DNA of 64,000 nucleotides from Elsinoe ampelina (GCA_010093995.1 ML992506.1:1-64000), one strand, 5' to 3'; shown: positions 46,487-58,895, counted from the stretch's first letter. Notes: generated by a model from the letters alone, not told the origin. Numbers and translations are program-made.

Positions 46487-49357
46487 ATGTCTCACCTTGA
46501 CATACCGACACCCAAGCCGGGGAGTCCACCTGCCATTCAGTCTCAGCCTATACAAGCCCTGGACCCATCCGTCGCTGCTCAAATTAGATCTTCAGTGGTC
46601 GTCACGCATCTTGCCGACGTAGTTCTGGGCCTTCTGGAGAATGCCCTGGATGCGCTGGCATCACGCGTCGACATTTCCGTTGACTTCACAAGGGGTGGCT
46701 GCACAGTCCAAGATGATGGATGCGGCATACCGCCCCAGGAGTTTCAAGAAGGAGCTGGACTCTGTCAGCTCCATCATACTTCAAAGCCACAGTCCGACTC
46801 TTTACATGGTGGGCAAGGCGCCTTTCTCGCATCAGTCTCGTCTATCGCCCTCGTGACCATCCTATCTAAGCATCAAGATCATTTCTCTGTCAACGAAGTC
46901 CGCTTTCACCGTGGGAGATGCATATCTCGACAGACCCCAGCTTCTCAGGCAAAACAGTCTTTCTTTCCTGCTCATCATGGCACACTTGCCACCGTAAGAG
47001 ATCTGTTTGGAGATATGCCGGTTCGTGTCAAGCATAGAAGTCAACTCCTATCGTCCGAGAATGAGCTTGCGAGACAATGGCGGTCTCTTCTTGCATCAGT
47101 CTGTGCTCTTCTCACCGCATGGCACTCACCCATCACGGTCATGATCAGAGATTCACAGGCGCCTATGAGGACGTGCCTGTTTCGCCCTAGCATTGTCAGA
47201 CTACCGATCGATCACGTTCGTCATCCACATGAAATCGTTCGGCGAAAGGTAGAGCGAGCGCCCTATCTTCTGACATCATCAGGATTGCTTTCTGCCTGCC
47301 TTGCCAGTACCTTCATCCATGCGTCGGTGGCCTCTTCCGACTTTACTCTAAAGGGTACTGTGTCGACGATACCCGTGGCGACCAAAGCCTCGCAATTCAT
47401 TTCTATCGGCATCACACCTTTGAATCCTGCTACGAGCAAGCTGTACTACGATGCTGTCAATGAGGCTTTTGAGAGGTCTGCATTTGGCTATAATGGTGAC
47501 ATCCCATACCAGCCGGACTTGACTGCAAGTATGACACCTTTTCGGCTGAAAGATCTCCGTAACAGGCGAAAAAGCCTTGAGCGCTGGCCGGTGTTCTACA
47601 TTACCATCGAACGCAGGTCTTCAGTCCAGTCCCTGCGCGGCACAGACACATTGGATGTCCACACTCTGGTAAAACTCCTCTCAACTTTTGCTAGGGGCTG
47701 GCTCGAAGCCAACCACTTTAAGCCTCGCAAGCAGGAAAGTGCGCACAGCCTATCTACCAGTCAGTCAGAAAACAGCACAGAAGGTGAAGCTCGCGAGATT
47801 CTGCATGTGGCGGACCCCCAATCATTGAACGCACCAAGACCGCCATCTTCTATCTCGCAGAAAAGGTCACCAATGGCTTCAATAACGGCCGTAAAGCTGC
47901 CTAAGGCTTCTCGATGTGGCCCGTCGCCTTCCTCCACTGCGTTCCGGGACTGGACACGAATCAAAAGCGGTGCCTCTGTTCAGAGCCTGCAGGACAGTTG
48001 CAGTGCGAATGTTTCTTCCCACTGCGACGAGAAGGATAGGGAGCTTTCATCAGACGACATGACCCAGATTCATGCACCTGCCCATCCTCCTGAGCCGGCG
48101 GTGCAGAATCATCTTCAGGGGACAGTTGCGGACGATGATTGTCTTAGTGAGTACTTTACCACCACAGATCCCCGGACCGGTTGCAAGATAAGCTTGTCGA
48201 GGCGAACAGGCATGAGACAACACGACAGAAGCGAGGCCTCGTCGCAGCCTACAAAGCACAGAATCGAACGTCTCAGCAAGACGTCCGACCGGACACCAAC
48301 GGCATCATCCAAGGACTGGCTGACATCCGTCATGTCCTCGTGGCAAAATCCACAGTTCGATATTCAAGTCGAGGATGCGCTGACTTCTGCTCGGTCTCAT
48401 CTCACATCAGATCTCGCGGGTCACGCTTGTGGTCATATTTGCCGGCACGACCAGATGGACACAAATGAGACCGTCAAGCTGCAACTTTCAAGATCTCAAC
48501 TTAAGACGGCTCGAGTTATCGCACAAGTCGATCGGAAATATATTCTGGCGCTGGTATCGCCCTCTGCTCAGCGCGGCACGATGTCACTTGTACTTGTTGA
48601 CCAGCACGCAGCTTCTGAGCGCATCATCCTGGAGAGACTTCTAACAGATACAATTCAGGAGGCTAATGCTGGTCTGCCCGCGAATATCATGTTAGCACCT
48701 TCCGGCTCGGGTCTATGCACTACCCTTCTCAACAGACCGCTACACTTCAACATAGCGCAAGAAGAAGGAATACTGGTTCAAGAGCAGAAGGAGCATTTCG
48801 CCCGTTGGGGTATCATCTTCGAGATCAGACCTAAGCACCAAGGCGCTTGGACGACCGGTAGTATGACTGACGAACCCGTCATGCTGGTCGTCACTCACCT
48901 GCCTCCAACTATCTCGGAGCGCTGCGTCCTGGAACCGCGTCTGCTCATCGACATGATCAGAGACGAGTCTCATGCGGCCTTGAACGGCCAAGTCTCGTCC
49001 TCGGTGTCTCTACACCCGCATGGGGAGACTGTGGAATGGCTCAAGCACGTCCATACCATGCCGCGGCTGTTTCTGGACATGCTCAACTCTCGCGCCTGTA
49101 GAAGTGCCATCATGTTCAACGACAAATTGAGCACGATCGAGTGTGAGACGCTCATCACGGATCTGGCTGGCTGTACCTTTCCGTTTATATGCGCTCACGG
49201 GAGGGTGAGTATGGTACCGCTTTTGGAGATTGAGGACGATAGGGGAGCTGGTCAGGGATTGAGTGGTGGTGGTGCTACATTAGACGCTGCCGTAGGATCG
49301 GCGGCTGAAGGTAGCGACTTCTTGAGAGCATATGAGAGTTGGCCGCGGAATGATTAG
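46487..49357 (+). CDS. MLH3: MutL-family mismatch-repair/meiotic endonuclease MLH3
   Basis: GHKL N-domain (ENALDA, DDGCGI, HTSK, GT...VRDLFGDMPVR). C-terminal QVDRKYI, DQHAASERIILE, SRACRSAIMFND and FPFICAHGR. Start could also be 46463. Confidence 0.92.
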   Translation: MSHLDIPTPKPGSPPAIQSQPIQALDPSVAAQIRSSVVVTHLADVVLGLLENALDALASRVDISVDFTRGGCTVQDDGCGIPPQEFQEGAGLCQLHHTSKPQSDSLHGGQGAFLASVSSIALVTILSKHQDHFSVNEVRFHRGRCISRQTPASQAKQSFFPAHHGTLATVRDLFGDMPVRVKHRSQLLSSENELARQWRSLLASVCALLTAWHSPITVMIRDSQAPMRTCLFRPSIVRLPIDHVRHPHEIVRRKVERAPYLLTSSGLLSACLASTFIHASVASSDFTLKGTVSTIPVATKASQFISIGITPLNPATSKLYYDAVNEAFERSAFGYNGDIPYQPDLTASMTPFRLKDLRNRRKSLERWPVFYITIERRSSVQSLRGTDTLDVHTLVKLLSTFARGWLEANHFKPRKQESAHSLSTSQSENSTEGEAREILHVADPQSLNAPRPPSSISQKRSPMASITAVKLPKASRCGPSPSSTAFRDWTRIKSGASVQSLQDSCSANVSSHCDEKDRELSSDDMTQIHAPAHPPEPAVQNHLQGTVADDDCLSEYFTTTDPRTGCKISLSRRTGMRQHDRSEASSQPTKHRIERLSKTSDRTPTASSKDWLTSVMSSWQNPQFDIQVEDALTSARSHLTSDLAGHACGHICRHDQMDTNETVKLQLSRSQLKTARVIAQVDRKYILALVSPSAQRGTMSLVLVDQHAASERIILERLLTDTIQEANAGLPANIMLAPSGSGLCTTLLNRPLHFNIAQEEGILVQEQKEHFARWGIIFEIRPKHQGAWTTGSMTDEPVMLVVTHLPPTISERCVLEPRLLIDMIRDESHAALNGQVSSSVSLHPHGETVEWLKHVHTMPRLFLDMLNSRACRSAIMFNDKLSTIECETLITDLAGCTFPFICAHGRVSMVPLLEIEDDRGAGQGLSGGGATLDAAVGSAAEGSDFLRAYESWPRND

Positions 49358-49479
49358 ATGGATTGTCATACTCGAGTATTCAGGCAGAAGATCCTGTCGA
49401 TCCACTGTAGCAGGAATAAACACTTAGATCTGGCATGACCACCAATACCAGCGTTGACTACTGTGACAAATGGCATATA

Positions 49480-50233
49480 TCAATTACCCTCAACCTTCCC
49501 ATTCTCTTTCAACCCGTCCTTCTGTATCTGCTCCTCCTCCCTTTCACCCCTGGCGATCCTCTCCTTACATCTCCCCTCCCACCTCCCCAGCGCTTCTTCG
49601 AGCTTCCCATTTGGTCTCGACTTGCTCCCTCCACTACTAGGCACATCATAGGCCTCTCTTACCCAAGTGATGAGTTCCAGTAGCTTGCGGTAGTTCTTGA
49701 AGAAGTACAGCTCTCCTGCTGCGGCGGAAAGGAGTTGGATTTGCTTGTTGCTTAACTTGGGCTTGGTTTCGCTTTCCTTTGTGGCGGGAGGCGGGAGGTG
49801 GGAGGGGAGGGTGAGGTGGATCTGCCAATCATCAGAGGCAGTCCTTGAAGAGTCGTGTGCGTGATATCATCAAGAATGAGAGAATAGAGAGAATAGAGAG
49901 CCACAGTTCAGGCGGGTTTGGGATGGAAGAAATATGGATCGCACAAGAACGCAGAATCGGATCGTGCCAGTCGGGTCTGTGACAGAGATGCTTGAGAGTA
50001 TATCGCAAGGAGATTGATGGACCCGAGGCAAGCACACCTGCGAGATTGTGAGGAGGGGAAAGTGCACGTACAGAACCATTGTCGTGTTTTGCTACATAGC
50101 TTTCCTTGATAGTGGCAAAAGCCTCGTCGGAGAGGTGAGTGCGATCATTCGTGGTGGGATTATCTTTTGCGGCTGTTGAAGCGTAGTCGTCTGGGTCAAC
50201 ATCAAGGTCATAATCGAGGTCGCCGTCGCTCAT
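49480..50233 (-). CDS. Conserved-looking fungal hypothetical protein; intron 49822-50071
   Basis: Exon 1 MSDGDLDY...YVAKHDNGS splices GTACGT..CAG in frame to IHLTLP...AAAGELYFFKNY...RWEGRC...VEGN*. Confidence 0.72.
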
Positions 50234-50558
50234 ATTTGACACAAAGATATAGCTTTCATGGGAAACATGCAAAATGAAACATGGCAACAGAAAGTCAAAG
50301 CTGATCACACCACCTGCAAACAAGCAAAACTTTGAACAGTGCACACATGAGAAGGAAAGACGTGGAAATGAGTTTCTGGATCAAGAGATTCATGGTTATT
50401 TATCTGCGCTATTCCATATTGCATTCAACTCCTGTCCTGACCGCCGCCGTCCTGCCCATCGCCAAGCAACCCTATCCGACCGACCGAACAACCTTGACTA
50501 CGTTTCATCGTCTGCCGTGCTGTGATCCTAGCTTGCGAGGTGATCTGAAGCGATACAT

Positions 50559-51196
50559 TTAGTTGAAAGGGTTGGTGCGAGTCCCCCAGTAGGTAAGAAA
50601 AACCGATAGGCCGACGGTCTCGAGGACGCGGGCGACCACACCGACGGCGACCTGGTCAAGCGGGCGCTTCTCAGTGGTAAGGGCGGCAATGAACTGGAAA
50701 CTTGTTAGTTGTGGCTCAATGAGTGGGATAAAAGGCGTCACATACCGATGGTGCAGAGCTGGCGAAGAAGACGAGTGTCCCGAGGTAAGCAGCGCCCTTG
50801 TAGGTGAGGGTACCAGTAGCGTTGATGAGAGCGCCGACACCGTAGGACTGGACAGCAGAACCGACGAGGGAAGAACCCCAGGCAATGCCAGCGGAAGCAG
50901 CCTCCTTTGACTTGAAAAACTCCTCCTTGGAGTTGGCGGCCTGAGCCTGGCGGTAGGTCTCACCGAAGAGAGGGGTGAGGACGGCGAGGGAGACGGCGTG
51001 GTTGTAGATGGTGCCGAGGGCGATAGCCGAAGGCTTGACGGGTGGGAGGTCTGGGAATTGATGTTAGACTGATGATTCTGGAGGGTATGATGCTGGTATT
51101 AGATGTGATGGCAGCTGCGCAGAGCTCGCAGGGGTGGTATGAAGCTCTAGTAATGGTGTGATGAGCATGGAGAGACTTACAGTGCAGAGTTGCCAT
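50559..51196 (-). CDS. Small multi-pass membrane protein (possibly DUF1761-like), 3 exons
   Basis: Manual splice gives MATLHYLPPVKPSAIALGTIYNH...WGSSLVGSAVQSYGVGALINATG...LTYWGTRTNPFN*, with strong C-ending codon bias and canonical introns. Confidence 0.8.
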
Positions 51197-51634
51197 TGTG
51201 AAGTTGTTTGAGCTTTGATGGAGCTGTATTGGAGACTGGTTGATGGATTTGAGATGTGGTTGATCAAGAAAGAGGTCAAGTTGTGAGGGACAGAGACGGT
51301 TTTGATCGAGAGCTGGGAGTCCCAGCGTGCATCAGAACGTGTTTTGGGAATCCGGCCGGAGCAAAGCGCTGTGACGTCAAGCGCAACCGCGTGTGATCAC
51401 ATTTCTACGTCGCTGTTTTGGGAAGAGGCCCGAGCTTCTGGGTTGGCAAGCAGCAGGCAAGCTCTCCCCGCAAAATTGTCTTTTTCGAGGCGTCTCTTCT
51501 GGTAGTCAAAATCGCACCATCGAGGACAAAAGACGCGATTTCGCTGAGACAACCGCCATCGCAGATTCAGCAGCAGGTCCGTCCGTGGTACTAGCCACAA
51601 GCCACAATGAGCATGGCTTCACGGCCTCCTTCCC

Positions 51635-52420
51635 TCAGTCCTGCCTCTCCGGTCGCCACGACTCGTCGTCCTTGCTGATTATCACCTCGTCGACAGGCAA
51701 TCTTCCGTCAATGATTTGCTTCCCGTTGACTAGGTCATTCTCATCTGCCCTCTTCGCTGCCTGCTCCTCGTTTTCCGCCAGTCCAGCTTTGATGTGTCTC
51801 TGAATCAGTCTCTGCCTGGCAACGTCCAGGTCAACATCCACGAACCAGAGCTCGTCCATCAACTCGGCTGCTTGTTTCCACTCTGGCGCTCCAGTGCCCA
51901 GACTGCAGTAGTTCCCCTCAAACACCAGCACGCGAGCGGATGGGTGGATTGGTATGTCGTTCTCAACTGGGTCTTTCACTGCGTGGTCGAAACTCGGAGC
52001 ATGAATTGTAGTCGACTCAGCACAAAGAGGCTCTCGTGCTTTCTTGACCAGCGCAAGGAAGCCTGGCGCATTGAACGTGAATGCGGCGCCCCTTCTTGCG
52101 TGTGCTGTCGAGGCATCTGGCATGGCGTCCAATTGTGCTCGATACAGGTGATAGCCGTCCATTGGAATGAATGCAGCCACTCCGTCCGACAGCCCGAGTC
52201 CAGGAGATTGGTCATGATGTTTCTCGTTGATTCGCTTGACAACTTGAGAAGCCAGTGTTGTCTTGCCTGAGCTCTGTCAATCGAGATGCCATCGAAGCAT
52301 GCAATACGGCTTACCTGAGCCTGGTATGCCGGAAACCGCAATCATTAGTCGACGCGACTTTGGCGTCTCTTGAAATTTTGCCCATGTCTTCTCGACCAGC
52401 CGGTTGACTTGTTCTTCCAT
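51635..52420 (-). CDS. P-loop kinase, phosphoribulokinase/uridine kinase (YFH7-like); intron 52267-52314
   Basis: Walker A GIPGS|GKTT restored by splicing; PMDGYH, RRGAAFTF, PSFDHAVKDP, FEGNY and NDLVNG. Confidence 0.9.
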
Positions 52421-52639
52421 TCTGAACACAATTGACAAAAGAACAAGTTATTTGCGTGGACCCGAGATCTACATACCACGCGGCATCACGGCTGACAAAG
52501 CTCCACAACGCATCCTACGATATCGCACCTGTTGCTTCTGGCATGACACATTCTAACGGCATCGTGATTTTCTTTATCGAATTCTACATGCGCGTATACG
52601 ATTCAAATTGCTCGTCGCATCTTCCATGCTGCCCTCTAC

Positions 52640-54211
52640 TCAAATGGTAGCATCCCGACCGACACCGGCACGCCCAACGGCAAACTTCTCCTTCTCAGCC
52701 TCCGTAACAATCTCCGAGCTCATCTCCTCAGAATCACTCTGCTGATCTACCACTTGCTTCGTCTCGACGGGAATATGATCTCTTACTACCAGCCATGTCG
52801 GTACTACGGCAATACCTAGCAGGACCGTGTTGACAGCAAGCGGCACCCTACCACCTTTCCACTTTCTCGTGTTCAACCCGAAGCTCACCGCCTGTGCCAG
52901 ACTCTCTTGTCCTCGAAGGACACCAGAGAACCTGCTCAGCTCGGAGATGTTGTCCGTCTTGGTCGCCAGCAGGTAGTACAGCCAATTCTGCAGTGCCTGC
53001 CTGGCAAAGTCCCACAGGAGTAGGACGAAGAAGCCCTCGACGAAACCAGCATCCTCCCAGTCGAAAGCTGGTTGATTGCGAGTGTATTTCTCGTTGATGA
53101 CCCAGCCGTAGACCCAAGCGATGATGTGGAAAATGACGACATAGTAGTAGCCTATGGTGATGCGCTTCTTGACGCTGAAGCCATTATAATCGAGCAGCAT
53201 ACTCATGATCTGGGAGGATAATAGGGTACCAAAATTGGAGACGAAGCCGATAAGTGCTCGGGCTCGCACACCAAAGTAGTAAGTCTGGAAGTTCCCAGTG
53301 AATTGGTTGAAGTATGCCGCCCAGAAGACCGGCAACAGCAGGAGAATGTCCTTACGTTTGCTGAGCGCCCAGAGTGCTTTCAGCTCCGCTTTGAAGCTCT
53401 TCTCTGCACGCACAATGACCTTACTGCCATCTTTGCGAACGACTTGTTCCGGGCGAGAAAGCAGTAGAGCGATTGGTGCGCCGAAGCACTGCAGAGCGAC
53501 AAAGACAAGGTAGGTCTGTGACCCAACTTTGCCCTTGGCTTTGGCAGATGCGTCGTTGTTAAGAGCAAGCACAATCAATCCTCCAAGCAGGGGTCCTCCG
53601 ACTCGAAACCAAAGCCAGATGTTCATGTACTTACCACGCTTCTCCGGTTCCGGGTACCCAAGAGCTACAGCGCCTTCAGAAGCCCAGAAGAGACCGGCCG
53701 AGATACCGCATGTCGCTGCGCCGACGAGTACAAGCCAAACATTGCCGAAGCGGTTGTTGGTATAGAGTCCAGCCGAGTACAAAGGGTAGCCGATCTGTAG
53801 TGGCAGTGTTAGCCTTGATCATAATTGCTAGCCAGATGTGGTAGGTAGCTTACAGCTCCAAGAGCAAGAGTGCGTTCCAGACCGATACGGTTGGCAATGG
53901 GTCCTCCCAGCAAACAGAAGATGGCCATGAGACCAAAGACCAGAGCATTGGCGGCGTTGATCAGGAAGGGCTCCTGCGCTCCACCAGCGCCTAGAGCAGA
54001 CAAAGCATTCCAGAGCCCTACGAAGCGTTAGAACCAAGCTTTGTGCCACAGGATAACGACACTGACCAGGGGCGACGAAGCCAACACCACCGATCACAAA
54101 GGCATTGAAAAGTGTACCATGTCTCCAAGCAAATTTGCCATTCGGGACCGTGTCCTCGGCGACAGGTCCCACGGTAGTACTAACAGGCTGTTCCTTTGTC
54201 GTTTCCGCCAT
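52640..54211 (-). CDS. MFS transporter, UNC-93-like; two introns
   Basis: PG.WNALSALGAGG, GYPLYSAGLY, SAGLFWASEGA...YPEPEKRG and LLSRPEQVVRKDGS; about 12 hydrophobic segments. Confidence 0.88.
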
Positions 54212-54799
54212 GGTGGACACCAACAAGTATGCGATGGAATTACCTCTAGGTCGCTACAGAGGCAGACCCGACTGACCTTTAAACCCACATCAAGGTCGCA
54301 TCTTGAGGTCACACTAGCAAAATAGACCCATCGCCTCATCTTCGGAATGGACAAGGCGTCATATACTAGCGCTGCAGAAGCTGCATGAGGTGCACCACAA
54401 AGTCGATGTTGTGATCAGACTAGAGCAGAGAAAGAGGCCCACTCTGGTGCAAGATCGGCACGCTTTTCGCCGGAAGCACAGATGGCGACAGCGACCTTGA
54501 GAAGTTTTATGTCCTTCATGTCTTTTATCTCAACCTGCTGCAAAGGGACGAAGATGGGCTGAAGGCCTGAAAGTGAGGTGGTCGACTTTGGCCCGTCGCC
54601 TTGGTTGACGAATTTTCTGGAAAAGCAACCCTGAGCCGAATGAACACCCCTGTCACTGCATGGCAACCACGTGGTGGTGGGTGAGGGACATCTGATCACT
54701 GACATGGACTTCCAGCCTACAGCTGCGAGTGTGCCTGTTCGAATATGCATTCGGAGACTCTACCGTCCGATATCGCCTTTCCGCCCTCTACCGCTAGAC

Positions 54800-55243
54800 C
54801 TATTCACAATCTGTCGCCGTAACATCCCCAAAGATGGCAACATTGGAGATATCGACAACTTCATCCACGAATGTCAGGAGAGACACGGTAATGCTCGTGA
54901 TACCTCCAACCTGCTGAGCACTCGGCACTTCTCCCACCACAATCTCATCTCCGGCTTCGACCGTGTTCGTACAAACTACATTCCCATCCACAACGTTGCC
55001 GAAGATGGCTACGTTTGACATGTCAACGACCTCGTCGTTGAAGGTGACAATGGACACATCGATGTTGACCACACGACTATCCGAGGGGGTGAGGATGGGT
55101 CCGAGAAGGGTCGACCAGTCTGTCTGGCGCTTGAGGATCGAGTCGTCCCCGGCGGCGAGAGTGGAGTTGATGGTAATGGTGCGAGCTAGGACTCGAGAGA
55201 CCTGGTTGCTGAGAGCCAAAATAGTGATTGCAGGAAAGAGCAT
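54800..55243 (-). CDS. Orphan small secreted protein (147 aa) with LKR Kex2 site and duplicated 22-aa motif
   Basis: Hydrophobic N-terminus ending VLA, propeptide ending LKR, and repeats VSIVTFNDEVVDMSNVAIFGNV / VSLLTFVDEVVDISNVAIFGDV whose codon differences are mostly synonymous. Confidence 0.78.
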   Translation of the reverse strand: MLFPAITILALSNQVSRVLARTITINSTLAAGDDSILKRQTDWSTLLGPILTPSDSRVVNIDVSIVTFNDEVVDMSNVAIFGNVVDGNVVCTNTVEAGDEIVVGEVPSAQQVGGITSITVSLLTFVDEVVDISNVAIFGDVTATDCE

Positions 55244-57465
55244 TGTGCTGACTTGTGCTGGAAAAGTGATGGATGCCCTGGTAGGATAGGTGTCGAGTGA
55301 GGTCTCGATATTGCGTATTGAGGCTGGCACTACGCAGCGACCTTATGACCTTTTATGTCTCCTCAGCTGCCTTTTCGGGCGCTACTCGAGGTCACGAAAC
55401 ATCCTTCTGTCATGGTGAAGTCTGATCTCGGCCGGATGGACGACAGTGTGGTCTGTCAACCTCTCATCCTCTCGTGTGCGACGTTGTGTCCTGAAGCATA
55501 TTCCAAGAAAGCATACCAGCTGCTGTGGACGAATGGGCGTGTACAAGAAGCATACTTCTGCACGAAGTGGGTGTTGCATTGTTACCGTTGTCTTGGCCTT
55601 TGGCCGGGCTCTTTGGTTGTATCGTCTTCATACCTTCCGGTCGTGCGTTCCACTAATGTCCCATGGTATGGATCTAAGCTCAAAATTAATGTGTGATTTC
55701 GTCAAGTTCGTGCACTGTTCACTGTGACGGTCCGCTGCCTGCCCTAATGCGTGATCTGTAATCCATTCCATCCAATTTAGATCCACGCAATAACCACTCG
55801 TGTATAGACGACGCTGCTGGGCTGTCCTCAATGCTACACCACCGTCGTGGCTTGATCGCACCAGGATATGGCTATGCTCTCACCAAGGGCTTCTTCATTC
55901 GAGGCAGCCGAGGTGACGCGGACAGAAGGGGGCGTCGAGCGTTTCCGAGTGTTCATTGAGTCGCGCATAGCAGCCCTAGCAGATGTTTCCATGTAAGGTG
56001 CGTTGTAGCGAGAGCTCACTGGGCCTCTTCCAAGGTGCGTGTTCGTTGGTGCCAATTATTCCAGTTGGAAATATAGAACGCAATACTCCGGTAACATTGG
56101 TCAACTACGTGATGGTCCCGCCAGACTGTTACATACACTTCTCCCGCAACTCACATGTTGTATGAAAGACTAAGCTGCACCGCATGACACCATTGACACG
56201 TAACTAGTATTGTGATGACATGTGCTGCCAATGTTGGGGGGCGATCTGGTCTGGTAGTCGTCTCTAGGTCGCAGCCGACTCACTCACCTCATTGGCAGCT
56301 CGACACCTTGGCCATCGCGGATACGCTCCTTGAGAGAGAATGGCCAAGACATCTGCAGTGGCAGTAGCTCTAGACAAGACGGAGAATCCATCGTGTAATT
56401 TTATTTAGCGAAAGGCAGCGCAAGATTGCAAGTAATGGTCTTTCAAGTGTGATTGTCCCCCACCGGAGCGGTATGTGAATGGACAAACGAGCATCTGTCA
56501 CAAATGTCGCGCTTATAAGTTGTACAGCGGGCCTGTTGTTCCACAGAACCCGAGGAGTAGTTGCACATGCCAGAATGGAGGCTAATGGGACTAGGAAGAC
56601 GGCCCCTCCAGAAAGCGACAGCGAAGACCAATTTGTATGGCCCGGTGTCCAGTCAGCTCTCACTCTCGCACACGAACCCGAGCGATCGAAACCCGTGACG
56701 ACACCCCTGACTGCTTCAAGAAAGCCATCTACATCGTAAGAAGGCTCATGAAGCGCTTGCAGTCGTTGAGAGGCCCGGTCATTGGCGGGAGTGAAACGAC
56801 CGACATATGCGACCAAGCATCATCGATGCCAGACCGTACCGCGTGTCACTGCACAAAGATGCCTGGCGTGCTGTACGACCGTATGGGATGGTCTGCAACT
56901 TGCGCGGTCTGAGGCGGCCGTAATCGATGCAGTTGATATCACGCAGCATGGCTGCTGCCTGGGGCGCGAAGCTGAGAAATGGTAATGCCGGTCAGATTCC
57001 ATTCAGACATACATTTCGCGCAGTACGGTAGGACGTCAGTCCGACTGGAGGCGGCGTCCTGTACGACAATAATGAAATTGTTAAAAACCTCATGCAAATG
57101 CACAAACGGGCAAAGTCGGAGCGATCGCTTTGCGTCGGAGTCGGCCGCTCCTGGTCCGGCCCGCAGCGAAATGACAAATGGATTCTGGTCCTTTCTGGAG
57201 GGACAAAGGCGGCAACGGGTTTTGCTCCGGTGACGGTGGTGGCAGAATACGTATCCTCGCTCTCTCTGCTGCGGCCCCTCCTTTTCGCAGTAGTCCCGGA
57301 GATGCACGTCGGGCATGGCAGAGGGCTGAGCGAGCAGACACAGCTGGCATGTCGCTGCTGAACACGAGGGATGAGCCCAACCGAGCTGGGATACCTCCCC
57401 CAATTTGGGTTCGGAGATGTATTTTCGACCCCGGCGACGCGGCCAGGAACGAGTGCAGAGGCTGA

Positions 57466-57510
57466 GTGAACGTTCGAATAGTGAATGCTCGTACAGTGAA
57501 TGCTCGTAAC
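57466..57510. repeat. 15-bp tandem repeat, ~3 copies
   Basis: agtgaacgttcgaat / agtgaatgctcgtac / agtgaatgctcgtaa. Confidence 0.7.
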
Positions 57511-58895
57511 TTACTTGAGGAGTGACTGCAAAAGTTTGCGAGGTTGCCAAGTATGCTGATGCAGTACTCTAGGTACTCCGCAGAGGACTCGCGATGGCAG
57601 TCATCCTTGCAAGCCGGACCTTCATCATCCAGCTGGCGAAGAGCTCAGAGGAGCTGCCCCCATCCCCCATCGGTGCATCGTGGACGCCTAGTGATCTGTT
57701 CAGCTGGGCAAATATCAGCGTGGTGACATGGCTGAAAGACAAGTCGTCATGTAATGGTCTGCGATATCGTGTGGCTCCTCGCGAGTCTGTCGATACCAAC
57801 CTTGCTGCGTGGCACCAAAAGTTACTCTCTGCCACGCATCGCAGCAAGTCGAAGCGGCAAGAAAGTGGCTGCGCAATCGCCGACTGGGATCATTTTGATT
57901 GGACGAGATGAATTTAGTTCTGCACATGTGGCGACTAAGTGGCAATGCGGCCTAGCGTTGTCTCCGGGTCGAGTCATTCCTGTGCGTTGCTTGGCGCGAG
58001 ATCGTCAGCGTCCAGCCAACTCTACGCTGAACCGCTCCAATTCCAGCCGCTCAGACATCCCCAGATGTCGCCTCGCCCGGATTCTTCGGCTCCCTGCCAG
58101 TCCCAATCCCAGTCCCAGACTTTGACCGTCCCAGGCTTTGTGCAGAGACAGTCACCGTCGACTCATCCTCATATTGAAGCCTCCCTCTCCTCCCCCCCCC
58201 TCGTCCATCAGAGTATTCGCCATGTATTCACCAGTCGACCAGCCACCCGAGCAGTAAACAGCTCGCTCAACGACGTCTACGAAAGGATACAACGCGCTTA
58301 TTCACTATTCCCTCCCCATCCGCCTTCCTCCACCTCGTTCCGCATTCCTGTGGGCTCTCTGGACACGAAGCTCGACCAACATCCGCCGCTGATACAGTCA
58401 CGGGCTGCAAAAAGGACTTCTTTTGCGCACTCGGACTTTTGAAAGCAAGCGACTGGCCGTACTGAACGTTCTGTGCTTACTCGATAATTCTTTGGTCTTG
58501 GTTTGCTGGCTTGATTGCTCATCGGACCCGGCTGCCTACTCTTTGTCTCACAGCCCGACTTTACCGTTGCCACCCTAAAGACTCATTCTCGACCCGACCA
58601 AACATTTCCCTCGCCTCTCAGCACCGCCTGACCTCGCCTTACAGGCTCCTATTCAAAACTCCATCATACCACCTTACGTCTCTTCACCTCTGCGGTAGGA
58701 CGCTTAAAGCGACGACAACTCTCCCCACTCAGCTTCCGACCACGCTCATCTCGCGGTTGCTGTGTGCCATCTGCGCATCCAGCTGATCGCATCCTCCCCC
58801 ATCATCTCGACTCACTCTTTGAACACTTATCCCTTCCGCAACGTCAGTCATTCTTGACTCACGCCACTCCCTTGGGTAAACAGTCAGCACTACGA

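Noticed and set aside
57466..57510. Short repeat as a CRISPR-like array
   Set aside because: Three adjacent 15-mers with no spacers, in a eukaryote.
56370..57550. 148-aa and 203-aa minus-strand ORFs in the long intergenic region
   Set aside because: Non-ATG or weak starts and no recognisable homology. The YEHSL repeat comes from a 15-bp DNA tandem repeat.
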